Assembly: GCA_965216465.1 (NCBI GenBank)
Contig: CBDCFW010000001.1
Location: forward strand, 224,001 to 288,000
DNA: 64,000 nt
DNA from: Bacteroidia bacterium
GTDB taxonomy: Bacteria > Bacteroidota > Bacteroidia > NS11-12g > UBA9320
Direction of reading: 5' to 3'
A model generated the notes under the pieces. It worked only from the letters and a program-made list of their open reading frames with translations. It was not told the DNA's origin and ran no database searches. Made by a program: the position numbers and the translations under genes. Position 1 is the first letter of the stretch. Every line of letters starts with the position of its first letter. Of the stretch, positions 50,473-61,632 are shown piece after piece.

Positions 50473-53265
50473 TTATAACTTTTGACTCAGAATGATTGTT
50501 GAGAACGCCGTTGTACTCAATGTCAATACCGCAGTGGCAGAATCTATGATTCGATCTAATCGTTCACGTCGTTCCGCAACTCTGCTGGCCTTATATTCAT
50601 CACTTTTCTTGTCCTCTTTTAAATCCAGAACAATTTCTGACCCTCTTCTCACTTTCGGATAGATCTTAACTATACCATAGTTACGCGTTTTTCTTACTTG
50701 ACCATTAGGATAAACCACTTTGGTCGAACTTCTTTTCGCATCTTTACTAAATCCTCCTCCGTATTTATTGATGTACCACTTAGCTCTTCTTGGCTTATAG
50801 TTAATTTGTACATTGAGTTGGTCATCAGTAGAGTCGATCATACCGGTTTGAAGCTCAAAATCGGTGATCGTATTGGTTCCGATTCTGTCAATTGAAACTA
50901 CATCAATTGTTTTCGGAATCACAATTACATCTCCTGGTTTAACTACCAAATCATGTTTCGATCTACCATTAACTGCTCGATCAATTCGTGTAACAACTTT
51001 GCCTGAAACGCCATTGGCACTTCGTTCAACATATCCAGCTTCAGGAAATGCTTCATCTGTCAATCCATCGGCTCGTGCTATAATATCTGTGATGCGCTCG
51101 TTATTAGAAATCAGAGCATATTCTCCAGGATAACGTACTTCCCCCGTGATTTTAACATATTGAATTTTCTCAAATTCTGGTGCACTTCTAACCACAATGT
51201 GATCAAAAGGTTCTAAGGTGACATCGGCTCCTAAATTCAGCGGTTTAAAGTCTCTGTCAACTGTTACACTTTGCGACAAAGTCACTGTTGGTTCATTTTC
51301 ATTTATCTGCAAGCGATAAATATCAATACGATTTGTTGCTGCTTCTAGTTTAAATCCACCAGCCATAACAACTATTTCTTTCAATGATAAATCCGAATTG
51401 TAATTAAATGTTCCTGGCTTACGCACCGCTCCACTAATACGGATTTCGAAGTTATCGCTGTAATCCATGCTGCTAGGAATAGTCAGCTTGTCACCTGGCT
51501 TTAGTGTAATGTTCTCAGCACTTTGAGGATCCTCAAGAGCCTTTCTAACATTTACAATTGTATAATCTGTTTTATTTCTGTTTTCGTAATCGACAGATGC
51601 TATATATCCGAAGTCTGTGGCAAACTCTTCAAGCCCTTTTGACATAATAAGTAGATCATAGATTGTAAACGTTTCATCCCTACTTACACTGTATGTTCCA
51701 GGATCTCTTACCGCACCACTTATTGAGATTTCGAAGGTGTCCGTAAAAACTCGTCGGTTGTAGAATATGATTTCATCCAGAGGCTCTATCGCAATGTCGG
51801 CATCCATATTTTTATTCAAAACCGCTGGAATATCCAATTTAATCAATTGGAAGGTACCATCCTTCTTATGACGAGTTAGATAAGCTACTTCACTAAAAGT
51901 CTCTTCTTCGATAATTACTTTATCGATCACGGTTGAAACCTTATCACCTTCTAGGAGTTCATATCTGCCTGGCTTTCGAACGGTGCCTCGAACAACATAA
52001 TAGTTTTCAGTTTTAAGATAGTGAGAAGTAATAGCTACCGCATCTCCATTCTTCAAGCTATAGTTTGAAGTAATTGCTTGTTCATACGGGTAGTCTCTCA
52101 ATACGCGTTGCTCACCTTCGAGGGTTTCAATTTGAACGCGATCAAGAACAACGTTGTTTTTAACTCCACCAGCATAACGAATGAGGTCATTTAACTTTTC
52201 GTCGTCTTGTAGCTCATAAAATATCGTAGGGCCATTGAATCCTTTTCCATTTGCAGAAACTCTTTTTTGAGATTTTTCGATAAAAACCAAGTCGCCATCG
52301 TAAATCTTAAGGCTGGTTGATGCTACAGGATTGGTAATGTAGTCATAAATATCTACTATTCTTTCTTTGCCATTGCTCACAACTCGAATCTGACGTAGAT
52401 TGGCAGTTCTTTGAGGACCCCCTGCACCAATAATAGCATTGATTACGTTGTTCATTGCAGAGATTGAATAACTTCCGGGGTTGTGTACCTCACCAAAAAT
52501 ATTCACCTTAATGGTTCTTGCGGTATTCAAACTAAGATTGAACTGGTCATCTTGAAATCTGTAGATTTGAGCGAATCGTCTGCGGAGCATAGTCTTTGCT
52601 TGTCCTAGCGAAACTCCTTTTAAATATACCTTGTACATTCCGCTTGGACGAATAAATCCATCTTCTTCGATTTCATAAATCAAATCAGCTTGGCTTTGGC
52701 CGAAGATATTAATGGCTATTTTGTCTCCAGCGTCCAATACATAGGAATTTGGTACTGATGATGGATTTGATTTGTCATAAAATCCAATCGATTGATTGAA
52801 AAAGATGTTAAAACCGAACAAATCGCGTGTTGCCGTCAATCTTTCGCTCATTTCTTTCGCCAAGATCTCTTCAGGAGATTCTATAAGTTTCTCTTGTTGT
52901 ACAGGTTGAGGAGCAACTTTAGGCTCTGTTGTAGTCTCAACCGGTTTATCCTGACCATCACCTTCAGTTGTAGCAATTGAACTCTGTTCTGCTTGCAATT
53001 CTTTAATGGCTTGTTGGATCTCTGCATCGACAGTTGCCAATTGGTCTGGACTCAAATTATCAAGATCAATACCTTTTTGTAGCAAACGTTGTTTAATTGC
53101 TTCTTCCGATACTCCAGCCTGAGCAAGAGCAGCTTGAGCATCTTGTTCGGTTACTCCATCAGCATTAACCCCCTGTAAATCAGGAGTTGACACCTGAGCA
53201 AAAACTGTTGTTGAAAGTAGAGCAAGGGTAAATAGTAAACCTGCTCTTTGCTTTGAGAAAATCAT
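50473..53265 (-). CDS. Large multi-SLBB polysaccharide export protein (module A)
   Basis: Signal peptide, YVLDAGDKIAINIFG, repeated SGAVR.PG units; paralog of 28889-31639. Confidence 0.85.
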   Translation of the reverse strand: MIFSKQRAGLLFTLALLSTTVFAQVSTPDLQGVNADGVTEQDAQAALAQAGVSEEAIKQRLLQKGIDLDNLSPDQLATVDAEIQQAIKELQAEQSSIATTEGDGQDKPVETTTEPKVAPQPVQQEKLIESPEEILAKEMSERLTATRDLFGFNIFFNQSIGFYDKSNPSSVPNSYVLDAGDKIAINIFGQSQADLIYEIEEDGFIRPSGMYKVYLKGVSLGQAKTMLRRRFAQIYRFQDDQFNLSLNTARTIKVNIFGEVHNPGSYSISAMNNVINAIIGAGGPQRTANLRQIRVVSNGKERIVDIYDYITNPVASTSLKIYDGDLVFIEKSQKRVSANGKGFNGPTIFYELQDDEKLNDLIRYAGGVKNNVVLDRVQIETLEGEQRVLRDYPYEQAITSNYSLKNGDAVAITSHYLKTENYYVVRGTVRKPGRYELLEGDKVSTVIDKVIIEEETFSEVAYLTRHKKDGTFQLIKLDIPAVLNKNMDADIAIEPLDEIIFYNRRVFTDTFEISISGAVRDPGTYSVSRDETFTIYDLLIMSKGLEEFATDFGYIASVDYENRNKTDYTIVNVRKALEDPQSAENITLKPGDKLTIPSSMDYSDNFEIRISGAVRKPGTFNYNSDLSLKEIVVMAGGFKLEAATNRIDIYRLQINENEPTVTLSQSVTVDRDFKPLNLGADVTLEPFDHIVVRSAPEFEKIQYVKITGEVRYPGEYALISNNERITDIIARADGLTDEAFPEAGYVERSANGVSGKVVTRIDRAVNGRSKHDLVVKPGDVIVIPKTIDVVSIDRIGTNTITDFELQTGMIDSTDDQLNVQINYKPRRAKWYINKYGGGFSKDAKRSSTKVVYPNGQVRKTRNYGIVKIYPKVRRGSEIVLDLKEDKKSDEYKASRVAERRERLDRIIDSATAVLTLSTTAFSTIILSQKL

Positions 53266-53287
53266 ACTTCGTTTAGGTAAATTTCAG

Positions 53288-53295
53288 CGAAATTA
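53288..53295 (-). promoter_or_regulatory. Possible internal -7 promoter element for module A
   Basis: TAATTTCG, one mismatch from TAnnTTTG, 22 nt before the ATG in the largest intergenic gap. Confidence 0.4.
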
Positions 53296-53387
53296 TTTAG
53301 TTTAAAGGTTTATTTTTTAACAATTGCTGTTCAACAGCCCCTAATTTTGGACTAAATATAACATGCACCGTTAAACGGTTAATTTTA

Positions 53388-54530
53388 TCAGACCAACGAC
53401 TCATTTTCTTTTAACACCTCTGTAAATGAGTCAATTATGAATTTAGCATCGTCCACTTCTAAGCTAGAGTAAATCGGAAGTCTAAACAAACACTCTTCAA
53501 ACATTGTAGCATTTGGGCATTCGAACTTACCATTAATCTTCTTCGAAAAATTACTCTCGTGAAGTGCTTGGTAATGAAAAACAACCTGTATACCTCTGGT
53601 CTTTAACCCTTCGATAATTGCCTGTCTTTGGGTCTTATTCTCACAAACTCCATAAAAGCAGTGAGCATTGTGCTTTTTTTCTAAGTCCCTAAGTTGTTCA
53701 AATTGCGGCAAGCTGCCCAAGTGCGAGTGGTAGGCATCCCAAATAGCTTTACGACGTGTTTGTGAATTTTCAAAATTTTCAAGTTGAGCAAATAAAAATG
53801 CGGCGAGCACTTCAGGCATCATAAAAGATGATCCGTAGTCTACCCATCCGTATTTATCTACTTCTCCATTAAAATAAGCAGCTCGATTTGTTCCTTTCTC
53901 CCAAACTACCGGAGCTCTTTTGTTTAATTGTTGGTTGTTTACGACGATTAATCCTCCTTTACCGCTGGTAACATTTTTCGTTTCATGAAAGGAAAATGTA
54001 GCTATATCGCCGAAGCTGCCTAATGGTTTAGAAGACTCAGATCCCAATGCACAAGCTGCATCTTCAACTAGCAAGATTTGTTTTTCTTTACAAAAAGCTT
54101 GAATGGCTTCTATATCACATGAAAAACCACCATAATGAACCACAATAATTGCTTTTGTTTTTGCATTAACAAGGCTTTTTATACTATCAAGATCAACATT
54201 AGGATTGTCGTTTTTACTATCTGCATAAACAATACGAGCTCCTTTGGTTGCAAATGCATTAGCAGTAGATACGAAGGTATAGCTAGGAACTATTACCTCA
54301 TCTCCGGGACCAGCACCGCATAATATTGCAGCCATCTCTAATGCGTCGGTACATGAAGGAGTTAGATAGGTGTTTTCAAACCCAAATCTATCTTTAAACC
54401 ACTGTTTACATAGCTTGTTGTAATGACCTTTACCAGCAAAATGCCTCCGTTCGATTACATCAGAAACATAGGCCGCTTCATTCAAAGCAACATTTGGGAC
54501 ATTAAACTTTATCAAAGATCTAGTACTCAA
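53388..54530 (-). CDS. wecE: dTDP-4-amino-4,6-dideoxygalactose transaminase
   Basis: TPSCTDALEMAA, PSYTFVSTANAF, FSFHETKN, EKGTNR, VDKY.WVD.GSS. Confidence 0.88.
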   Translation of the reverse strand: MSTRSLIKFNVPNVALNEAAYVSDVIERRHFAGKGHYNKLCKQWFKDRFGFENTYLTPSCTDALEMAAILCGAGPGDEVIVPSYTFVSTANAFATKGARIVYADSKNDNPNVDLDSIKSLVNAKTKAIIVVHYGGFSCDIEAIQAFCKEKQILLVEDAACALGSESSKPLGSFGDIATFSFHETKNVTSGKGGLIVVNNQQLNKRAPVVWEKGTNRAAYFNGEVDKYGWVDYGSSFMMPEVLAAFLFAQLENFENSQTRRKAIWDAYHSHLGSLPQFEQLRDLEKKHNAHCFYGVCENKTQRQAIIEGLKTRGIQVVFHYQALHESNFSKKINGKFECPNATMFEECLFRLPIYSSLEVDDAKFIIDSFTEVLKENESLV

Positions 54531-54532
54531 TC

Positions 54533-55393
<861 letters not shown>

Positions 55394-55396
55394 ATC

Positions 55397-56410
55397 TTAA
55401 TTTCTATGTGAATATATTCTTTCAATTATTTCAACCACCTTTTGACCTTCAAAAGCCGTAGTGGTTTCAATGTCTTTGTCATTCAAAACGTCGATTACAT
55501 TTTGAATCATTAATGGATGATTATTTGCAGACCCCTGATACGCTCCATAGTTATTTGGCGGATTTGAGGCCGAAAGTTCTTCAAAGTTGTAATTTTCAAT
55601 TTCACAGTACTCAACTTTATTCATGTATTGTCCCCCTACTTTGACTGTTCCGCGTTCACCGACAATGGAAATACTGCTTTCAAAATTTTGTTTACTCACA
55701 GACGTACTGTACGACAGGCTACCTAAACATCTTTCACCTAAAGTAAACAACACGTTGCCTGAATCTTCAAAGTCTGTTAAATGTTCATGGTTGAAATCTG
55801 CAAATCGAGCTTGAATGTTTTTAAAATCGCCAAACAACCAGTAGACCAGGTCAACAAAATGTGAGAACTGCGTAAAGAGTGTACCGCCATCCATATCCAA
55901 TGTACCTCTCCACTTTTCATCGTCATTTTTATAATAGCGTTCATCTCTGTTCCAAAAACACTTCACATCGACCATGTAAATCTCGCCAAGTGTTTTTTGT
56001 TGAATCAACTTTTTGAGCCATTTCGCCGGTGGCGAATAGCGATTTTGCATTACACAAAATGCCTTCTTTTCTTTCGCATTTGCTAAGTCAATTACTTCCT
56101 GACATTTTGATGCTGTGAGCCCCATAGGCTTTTCAATGACTACATGAACGCCATAAGTTAAACACTGAATTGCCTGATCACTGTGTAAGCCATTTGGTGT
56201 GCAAATGTTTATCACATCTGCAGTAGTACCACTATCAAAAAAGTCTTGAAGCGTTTTGAATGTTGAGATTGATTGAAGCTCATCATTTAAATCTAAATCT
56301 CGAACATCAATTAATGCAACTAATTCTGCATTAGGGTTTTGCATCACAGTATTTGCATGTCTGAGTCCTATGTGACCGCAACCAACTATCGCAAATTTTA
56401 TAGTTCTCAT
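55397..56410 (-). CDS. Gfo/Idh/MocA oxidoreductase, WbpB/WlbA-like 3-dehydrogenase
   Basis: GCGHIG, CTPNGLH, EKPM, QNRY, WNR..YY, DGG.L..Q.SH..D. Confidence 0.82.
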   Translation of the reverse strand: MRTIKFAIVGCGHIGLRHANTVMQNPNAELVALIDVRDLDLNDELQSISTFKTLQDFFDSGTTADVINICTPNGLHSDQAIQCLTYGVHVVIEKPMGLTASKCQEVIDLANAKEKKAFCVMQNRYSPPAKWLKKLIQQKTLGEIYMVDVKCFWNRDERYYKNDDEKWRGTLDMDGGTLFTQFSHFVDLVYWLFGDFKNIQARFADFNHEHLTDFEDSGNVLFTLGERCLGSLSYSTSVSKQNFESSISIVGERGTVKVGGQYMNKVEYCEIENYNFEELSASNPPNNYGAYQGSANNHPLMIQNVIDVLNDKDIETTTAFEGQKVVEIIERIYSHRN

Positions 56411-57531
56411 GAGTAAAATTCCCTAATGGTAGTGCAAATGTATTTCACATCATCTACATTCATTTCAGTATGAATAGGCAATGACAGTGCTTCCTGAGTT
56501 AACCCCTCGGCTATAGGGTATGTATTTGATCGTGCAAACTCCTTATAGGCTTGTTGTTGATGTATTGCCAAAGGATAATAAATAGTAGACTGAATACCCT
56601 TTTTGCTAAGATAAGCTTTTAAATCGTCTCGTTTTCCATTCTTGACCTTTAGGGTAAATTGATGATAAACGTGCGTCGAGTTCACATTCTCAACCGGTAA
56701 CTCAACATCATCAACCCCTTGTAATTCATCACGATAGACCAACGCTATTTTTTGCTTCGATTTATTAAATTGACTAAGAAAGGCAAGCTTAACATCTAAG
56801 ATTGCGGCCTGTAACGTATCAAGACGTGAATTAACTCCAATCATTTCGTGGTAATACTTGCTCGATTGCCCATGATTGGCAAGTTTCCTAAGCTTAGTTG
56901 CTAATTCATTGTTGTTTGTAAAAAGAGCTCCTCCATCGCCGAAGCAACCCAAATTTTTTGTAGGGAAGAATGAAGTTATTCCTATATCACCAATGGTGCC
57001 AAGTTTCGCTCGATTGCCATCGCTATAAATAAACTCAGCACCAATTGCCTGAGCATTATCTTCGATTACATAAAGCTCATATTGTTCTGCGACATTCATT
57101 ACAGCATCCATATCAGCTCCTTGACCAAAGAGATGTACGGGCATTATAGCCTTTGTTTTATCTGTGATTGCCGCTTCAATCTTTGTTACATCAATATTAA
57201 AGTCGTGGCTATTCACATCAACAAAAACAGGTGTAAAACCAAGCAAAACAATCACTTCGGCTGTTGCTGTATAGGTAAATGCTGGTAAAATTATTTCTGC
57301 ATCTTTAGGCAGGTTCAGACACATTAAAGCAATTTGAAGTGCATCGGTACCATTACCGCATCCAACAACATTTGCGACATCAAGATAAGTTGCCAAGTTA
57401 GATTCAAAAGACCTAACTTCAGGTCCATTAATAAATTGTACACCGCTCAATACTCCTTGAACGGCTTGATCAATTTCATTTTTCAGTCTACGGTATTGAG
57501 ACTGAAGATCTAACATAGAAACTTCTTTCAA
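56407..57531 (-). CDS. DegT/DnrJ aminotransferase, WbpE/WlbC-like
   Basis: NGTDALQIALM, HLFGQ, EDNAQA, SFFPTKNLGCFGDGG, NSRLDTLQA. Confidence 0.85.
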   Translation of the reverse strand: MKEVSMLDLQSQYRRLKNEIDQAVQGVLSGVQFINGPEVRSFESNLATYLDVANVVGCGNGTDALQIALMCLNLPKDAEIILPAFTYTATAEVIVLLGFTPVFVDVNSHDFNIDVTKIEAAITDKTKAIMPVHLFGQGADMDAVMNVAEQYELYVIEDNAQAIGAEFIYSDGNRAKLGTIGDIGITSFFPTKNLGCFGDGGALFTNNNELATKLRKLANHGQSSKYYHEMIGVNSRLDTLQAAILDVKLAFLSQFNKSKQKIALVYRDELQGVDDVELPVENVNSTHVYHQFTLKVKNGKRDDLKAYLSKKGIQSTIYYPLAIHQQQAYKEFARSNTYPIAEGLTQEALSLPIHTEMNVDDVKYICTTIREFYS

Positions 57532-57533
57532 AA

Positions 57534-58580
57534 TTAAGAATACATCTTCTGATAGTACTTTTGGTACTCACCAGAAGTAACGTGGTTTAACCACTCTTCA
57601 TTGCTTAAAAACCAGTCAACGGTTTGTCTTAGTCCTTCTTCAAACTGTAAGCTTGGTGTCCAGTTTAGCTCGTTTTGAAGCTTGCTGGCATCTATCGCGT
57701 AACGCAAATCGTGGCCTGCTCTATCTTGAACAAACGTTATAAGCGATTGAGATTCTCCAACTTCTCTTCCTAGTTTTTCATCCATCACGTTGCAAAGCAA
57801 CTTCACCAAATCAATGTTGGTCCATTCGTTATGACCTCCTATATTGTAGGTATCACCTAATTTACCGTTGCTAAAAATGCACTCAATTGCCGATGCATGA
57901 TCTTTTACAAATAACCAATCACGAACGTTTAGACCTTCGCCGTAAACAGGTAATGGTTTTTTTTGAATGATGTTATTAATCATCAAAGGAATTAGCTTTT
58001 CTGGAAAGTGGTTTGGACCATAATTATTCGAACAATTTGATACAATTATTGGTAAGCCATAGGTGTGATAATATGCTCGTACAAAGTGATCACTACTTGC
58101 TTTTGAAGCAGAATATGGACTACGTGGATCGTATGCGGTATCTTCATAGAAGAAACCAGTATCTCCAAGTGACCCATATACCTCATCTGTAGAGACATGG
58201 TAAAATAGCTTATTGTCATAATTACCGTCCCACTGCTCTTTGGCTGCTTGCAATAGATTTGTTGTGCCAAGCACATTTGTTTTCACGAATAACAATGGGT
58301 CTGTAATCGATCGATCTACATGACTTTCAGCCGCTAAGTGAACAACATGCGTAATGTCATTGTCGGCAAATACCTTTCTCATTAAATCAAGATCTTGAAT
58401 ATCAGCATGAACAAAGTGGTAATTCTCATTTTGTTCAACATCCTTTAAGTTCTCCAAGTTTCCAGCATAGGTTAATGCATCAAGATTAAATATTTGATCA
58501 TTTGGAAATGCGTCCACAAATTTTCTAATTACATGTGAACCAATAAATCCAGCTCCTCCTGTTATAAGTATATTCTTCAT
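57534..58580 (-). CDS. rmlB: dTDP-glucose 4,6-dehydratase
   Basis: TGGAGFIG, LTYAGN, AAESHVDRSI, STDEVYG, YSASK, NNYGP..FPEK. Confidence 0.96.
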   Translation of the reverse strand: MKNILITGGAGFIGSHVIRKFVDAFPNDQIFNLDALTYAGNLENLKDVEQNENYHFVHADIQDLDLMRKVFADNDITHVVHLAAESHVDRSITDPLLFVKTNVLGTTNLLQAAKEQWDGNYDNKLFYHVSTDEVYGSLGDTGFFYEDTAYDPRSPYSASKASSDHFVRAYYHTYGLPIIVSNCSNNYGPNHFPEKLIPLMINNIIQKKPLPVYGEGLNVRDWLFVKDHASAIECIFSNGKLGDTYNIGGHNEWTNIDLVKLLCNVMDEKLGREVGESQSLITFVQDRAGHDLRYAIDASKLQNELNWTPSLQFEEGLRQTVDWFLSNEEWLNHVTSGEYQKYYQKMYS

Positions 58581-58582
58581 GT

Positions 58583-59848
58583 TTATATAATCATTCCTGC
58601 AGCTACAGTGTTGTTCGTTCCTTCGTCAACCAGAATCAGCGACCCGGTAGCTTTGTTTTTTGTATAAGGGTCAACAAACAATGGTTTTGTAGTTCTAATG
58701 CGTACTCTAGCAATATCATTCATTTGAATTGATTTATCATCTTGAATTCGATGAAGGGTATTAATATCTACCTTGTATTGCACTTCTTTGACCATACAAC
58801 GTACTTTATTGGTTGTATGAAGAACGGTGTATTTTTTTGATGGGCTGAATGGTTCATTGCCCATCCAACACATCATAAAATCTAAATCTTGACTAGGTTC
58901 AGCTTGATTATGCGGGCGAACAATCATATCCCCTCTGCTAATATCGATATCGTCTTCTAATGTTATGGTTACACTCATTGGAGGAAATGCTTCCTCTTTT
59001 ACTTCTTCTCCGCTTGTTATAGATTTAACTGTGGAGTTGAAACCTGAAGGTAATACAGTTACCTCATCGCCCACTTTAAAAATTCCACTTTCAATTCTAC
59101 CAGCATATCCTCTAAAATCATGAAACTCGTTTTGATGTGGACGAATAACGGTCTGAACAGGGAAACGGCAATCTATCATATTTCTATCACTAGAAATGTG
59201 TATATGTTCAAGGGTATGCAATAAGGTTGAACCCTCGTACCAATCCATATTTTCGCTTCTATCGACCACATTATCTCCATTCAGTGCTGAGATTGGTATG
59301 AACCGAATATCATCAACATCCAGTTTAGAAGCAAAGTCTTCATACTCGTCTACAATTTTGTTGTACTGTTCTTCACCGTAGTCAACAAGATCCATCTTAT
59401 TCACGCAAACCAAGATGTGTTTTATCTGTAAAAGCGAGGCGATGAAGGAGTGCCTTTTTGTCTGCTCAATAACTCCGTTTCTAGCATCCACTAGAATAAG
59501 AGCAAGATTTGCAGTAGAAGCCCCAGTAATCATATTTCGGGTATATTGAATATGACCAGGCGTATCAGCGATTATAAATTTTCGCTTGGGAGTAGAAAAG
59601 TAGCGGTAAGCTACATCTATGGTTATACCTTGCTCTCTTTCATCTTTCAACCCATCTGTTAACAGCGAAAAGTCGATATGTTCTAGGCCTTTACTCTTAC
59701 TTGTATTTTCTACAGAGCTTAATTGGTCTTCAAAAATGCTTTTTGAATCGTACAACAACCTTCCGATTAATGTACTTTTTCCATCGTCAACGCTTCCTGC
59801 TGTAGTAAAGCGTAGAAGGTCTCGGTCTAAATAATTTTTATCTTCCAT
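58583..59848 (-). CDS. cysN: Sulfate adenylyltransferase subunit 1
   Basis: GSVDDGKSTLIGRL, EREQGITIDVAYRYF, DTPGH, NKMD. Confidence 0.96.
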   Translation of the reverse strand: MEDKNYLDRDLLRFTTAGSVDDGKSTLIGRLLYDSKSIFEDQLSSVENTSKSKGLEHIDFSLLTDGLKDEREQGITIDVAYRYFSTPKRKFIIADTPGHIQYTRNMITGASTANLALILVDARNGVIEQTKRHSFIASLLQIKHILVCVNKMDLVDYGEEQYNKIVDEYEDFASKLDVDDIRFIPISALNGDNVVDRSENMDWYEGSTLLHTLEHIHISSDRNMIDCRFPVQTVIRPHQNEFHDFRGYAGRIESGIFKVGDEVTVLPSGFNSTVKSITSGEEVKEEAFPPMSVTITLEDDIDISRGDMIVRPHNQAEPSQDLDFMMCWMGNEPFSPSKKYTVLHTTNKVRCMVKEVQYKVDINTLHRIQDDKSIQMNDIARVRIRTTKPLFVDPYTKNKATGSLILVDEGTNNTVAAGMII

Positions 59849-60750
59849 TAAAAATATCCCTCTTTTTTACGGTCTTCCATTGCGGTTTCTGAACGCTGGT
59901 CATCTGCACGGCCTCCGCGTTCTGTATTTCTTGCTGCTGCAACTTCACCAATTATTTTTTCAAGCGTATCCGCATCACTTTCTACTGCTCCAGTAATGGT
60001 AATATCTCCCATAGTTCTGAAGCGGATTTGCATTTCCTTAACTTCTTCAGAGTCTTTTAACTCCTGATAATCGTTCACTGAAAGAATTGTTCCATTGCGA
60101 ACGAAGCATTCTCTTTTATGAGAAAAATAAAGACTTGGCAGTTCGATGTTTTCGAGTAAGATGTATTGCCAAATGTCCATTTCCGTCCAGTTACTGATTG
60201 GAAAAATTCTAAAATTCTCACCAAAGTGTTTTAGTCCATTAAAAAGGTTCCATAGTTCTGGACGTTGATTTTTAGGATCCCATTGACCAAATTCATCTCG
60301 ATGTGAAAAGAATCGTTCTTTGGCACGTGCTTTTTCTTCATCACGTCGAGCTCCACCCATACAAGCGTCATATTGGTTTTCTTCAATCGTATCAAGAAGT
60401 GTTGTGATTTGTAGTCTGTTACGTGTTGCATTAATTCCACGTTCTTCAGCTACTTTACCTTCATCAATTGATTTCTGAACTGATCCTACAACAAGATTTA
60501 CACCGAGCTGCTCGACTAGTTTATCTCTAAAAGCAATGGTTTCTGGAAAGTTATGGCCTGTATCGACATGCACTAGAGGAAATGGTATCTTTGCTGGCCA
60601 GAATGCTTTTTTGGCCAGATGAGTAAGAACAATTGAATCTTTCCCTCCTGAAAAAAGAATTGCTGGTTTGTTAAATTGAGCAAAAGTCTCTCTAATCACA
60701 AAAATGCTCTCAGCTTCTAATTCCTTTAAATGAGTTAATGAATGCTTCAT
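59848..60750 (-). CDS. cysD: Sulfate adenylyltransferase subunit 2
   Basis: [43 protein letters not shown]. Confidence 0.96.
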   Translation of the reverse strand: MKHSLTHLKELEAESIFVIRETFAQFNKPAILFSGGKDSIVLTHLAKKAFWPAKIPFPLVHVDTGHNFPETIAFRDKLVEQLGVNLVVGSVQKSIDEGKVAEERGINATRNRLQITTLLDTIEENQYDACMGGARRDEEKARAKERFFSHRDEFGQWDPKNQRPELWNLFNGLKHFGENFRIFPISNWTEMDIWQYILLENIELPSLYFSHKRECFVRNGTILSVNDYQELKDSEEVKEMQIRFRTMGDITITGAVESDADTLEKIIGEVAAARNTERGGRADDQRSETAMEDRKKEGYF

Positions 60751-61334
60751 TTTATTTTTTGCTTAATATTTTGATATATAGTTTCTGTACAAGACTCGAT
60801 AGAATCTTGGTCTGAATTAACTTTTATTTCTGGGTTTGAAGGGGCTTCATAAGGAGAATCAATACCCGTAAAATTTTTAATTTCACCGGCTCTTGCCTTG
60901 GCGTATAATCCCTTTATGTCTCTAGCCTCACAAACTTCAATCGGGCAATCTACAAACACCTCTACAAAGTACTCTTCACCAATTATTGATCTTGCCTTGT
61001 CTCGATCTTCTTGAAAAGGTGATATAAAACTTGTAAGTACGACTTCACCAGCATCAACAAATAATTTAGCGACCTCAGAAATTCTTCGAATGTTTTCTTT
61101 CCTTCCTTCAGATGAAAAATCAAGGTCGGCATTAATTCCTAGTCGGATGTTATCTCCATCTAACAGATAGGTATGCGTGCCATCATTTACCAGTTTCTGA
61201 TAGAGGTGAGAAGCAATTGTAGATTTCCCTGACCCCGAAAGTCCTGTAAACCAAACAACCAAAGGCTTATGACCTTTTAGCTCCTGTCTCTGTTCAGGAG
61301 ACACCAAAACATCTTGTTTAAATAGATTATTCAT
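60747..61334 (-). CDS. cysC: Adenylyl-sulfate kinase
   Basis: [34 protein letters not shown]; start moved to MNNLF. Confidence 0.95.
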   Translation of the reverse strand: MNNLFKQDVLVSPEQRQELKGHKPLVVWFTGLSGSGKSTIASHLYQKLVNDGTHTYLLDGDNIRLGINADLDFSSEGRKENIRRISEVAKLFVDAGEVVLTSFISPFQEDRDKARSIIGEEYFVEVFVDCPIEVCEARDIKGLYAKARAGEIKNFTGIDSPYEAPSNPEIKVNSDQDSIESCTETIYQNIKQKIK

Positions 61335-61566
61335 CTCCTTCTCGGCTTGAAATACCAAACTTAGTTCTGTACCAAGCACGTTCGTGGAGGTAATACAAAA
61401 TCATTTTTAAAAAGAATTCCGTACCTGCAACTCCACTTGCTTTAGCAACAGCTTGAGCATCATCTCTAAAGAAAAGATAGCTTAAAATAAATGTGGTGCT
61501 TGTTGCAATAACCCTCCAAGTTAGTGTTTTGGCAATGTGCCTTTTGTTTGCGTTTTTTAGTGCCAT
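61327..61566 (-). CDS. DUF2061-family small membrane protein
   Basis: [10 protein letters not shown]...[12 protein letters not shown]. Confidence 0.82.
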   Translation of the reverse strand: MALKNANKRHIAKTLTWRVIATSTTFILSYLFFRDDAQAVAKASGVAGTEFFLKMILYYLHERAWYRTKFGISSREGDE

Positions 61567-61580
61567 TTTTTATACAAAGC

Positions 61581-61614
61581 TTCGCCACCTCAGTCCCATT
61601 AACTAAGTGGCAAA
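61581..61614 (-). promoter_or_regulatory. Leader hairpin upstream of DUF2061-cysCDN
   Basis: UUUGCCACUUAGU-UAAUGGG-ACUGAGGUGGCGAA can form a ~13-bp stem with G-U pairs and one bulge; no U-tract follows. Confidence 0.5.
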
Positions 61615-61632
61615 TTGTTTATGAAAACGACT

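Noticed and set aside
29700-51318. Shared sequence GGTTCATTTTCATTTATCT near 29700 and 51290 as a repeat or recombination site
   Set aside because: Explained by the conserved INENEP peptide in the paralogous SLBB genes.
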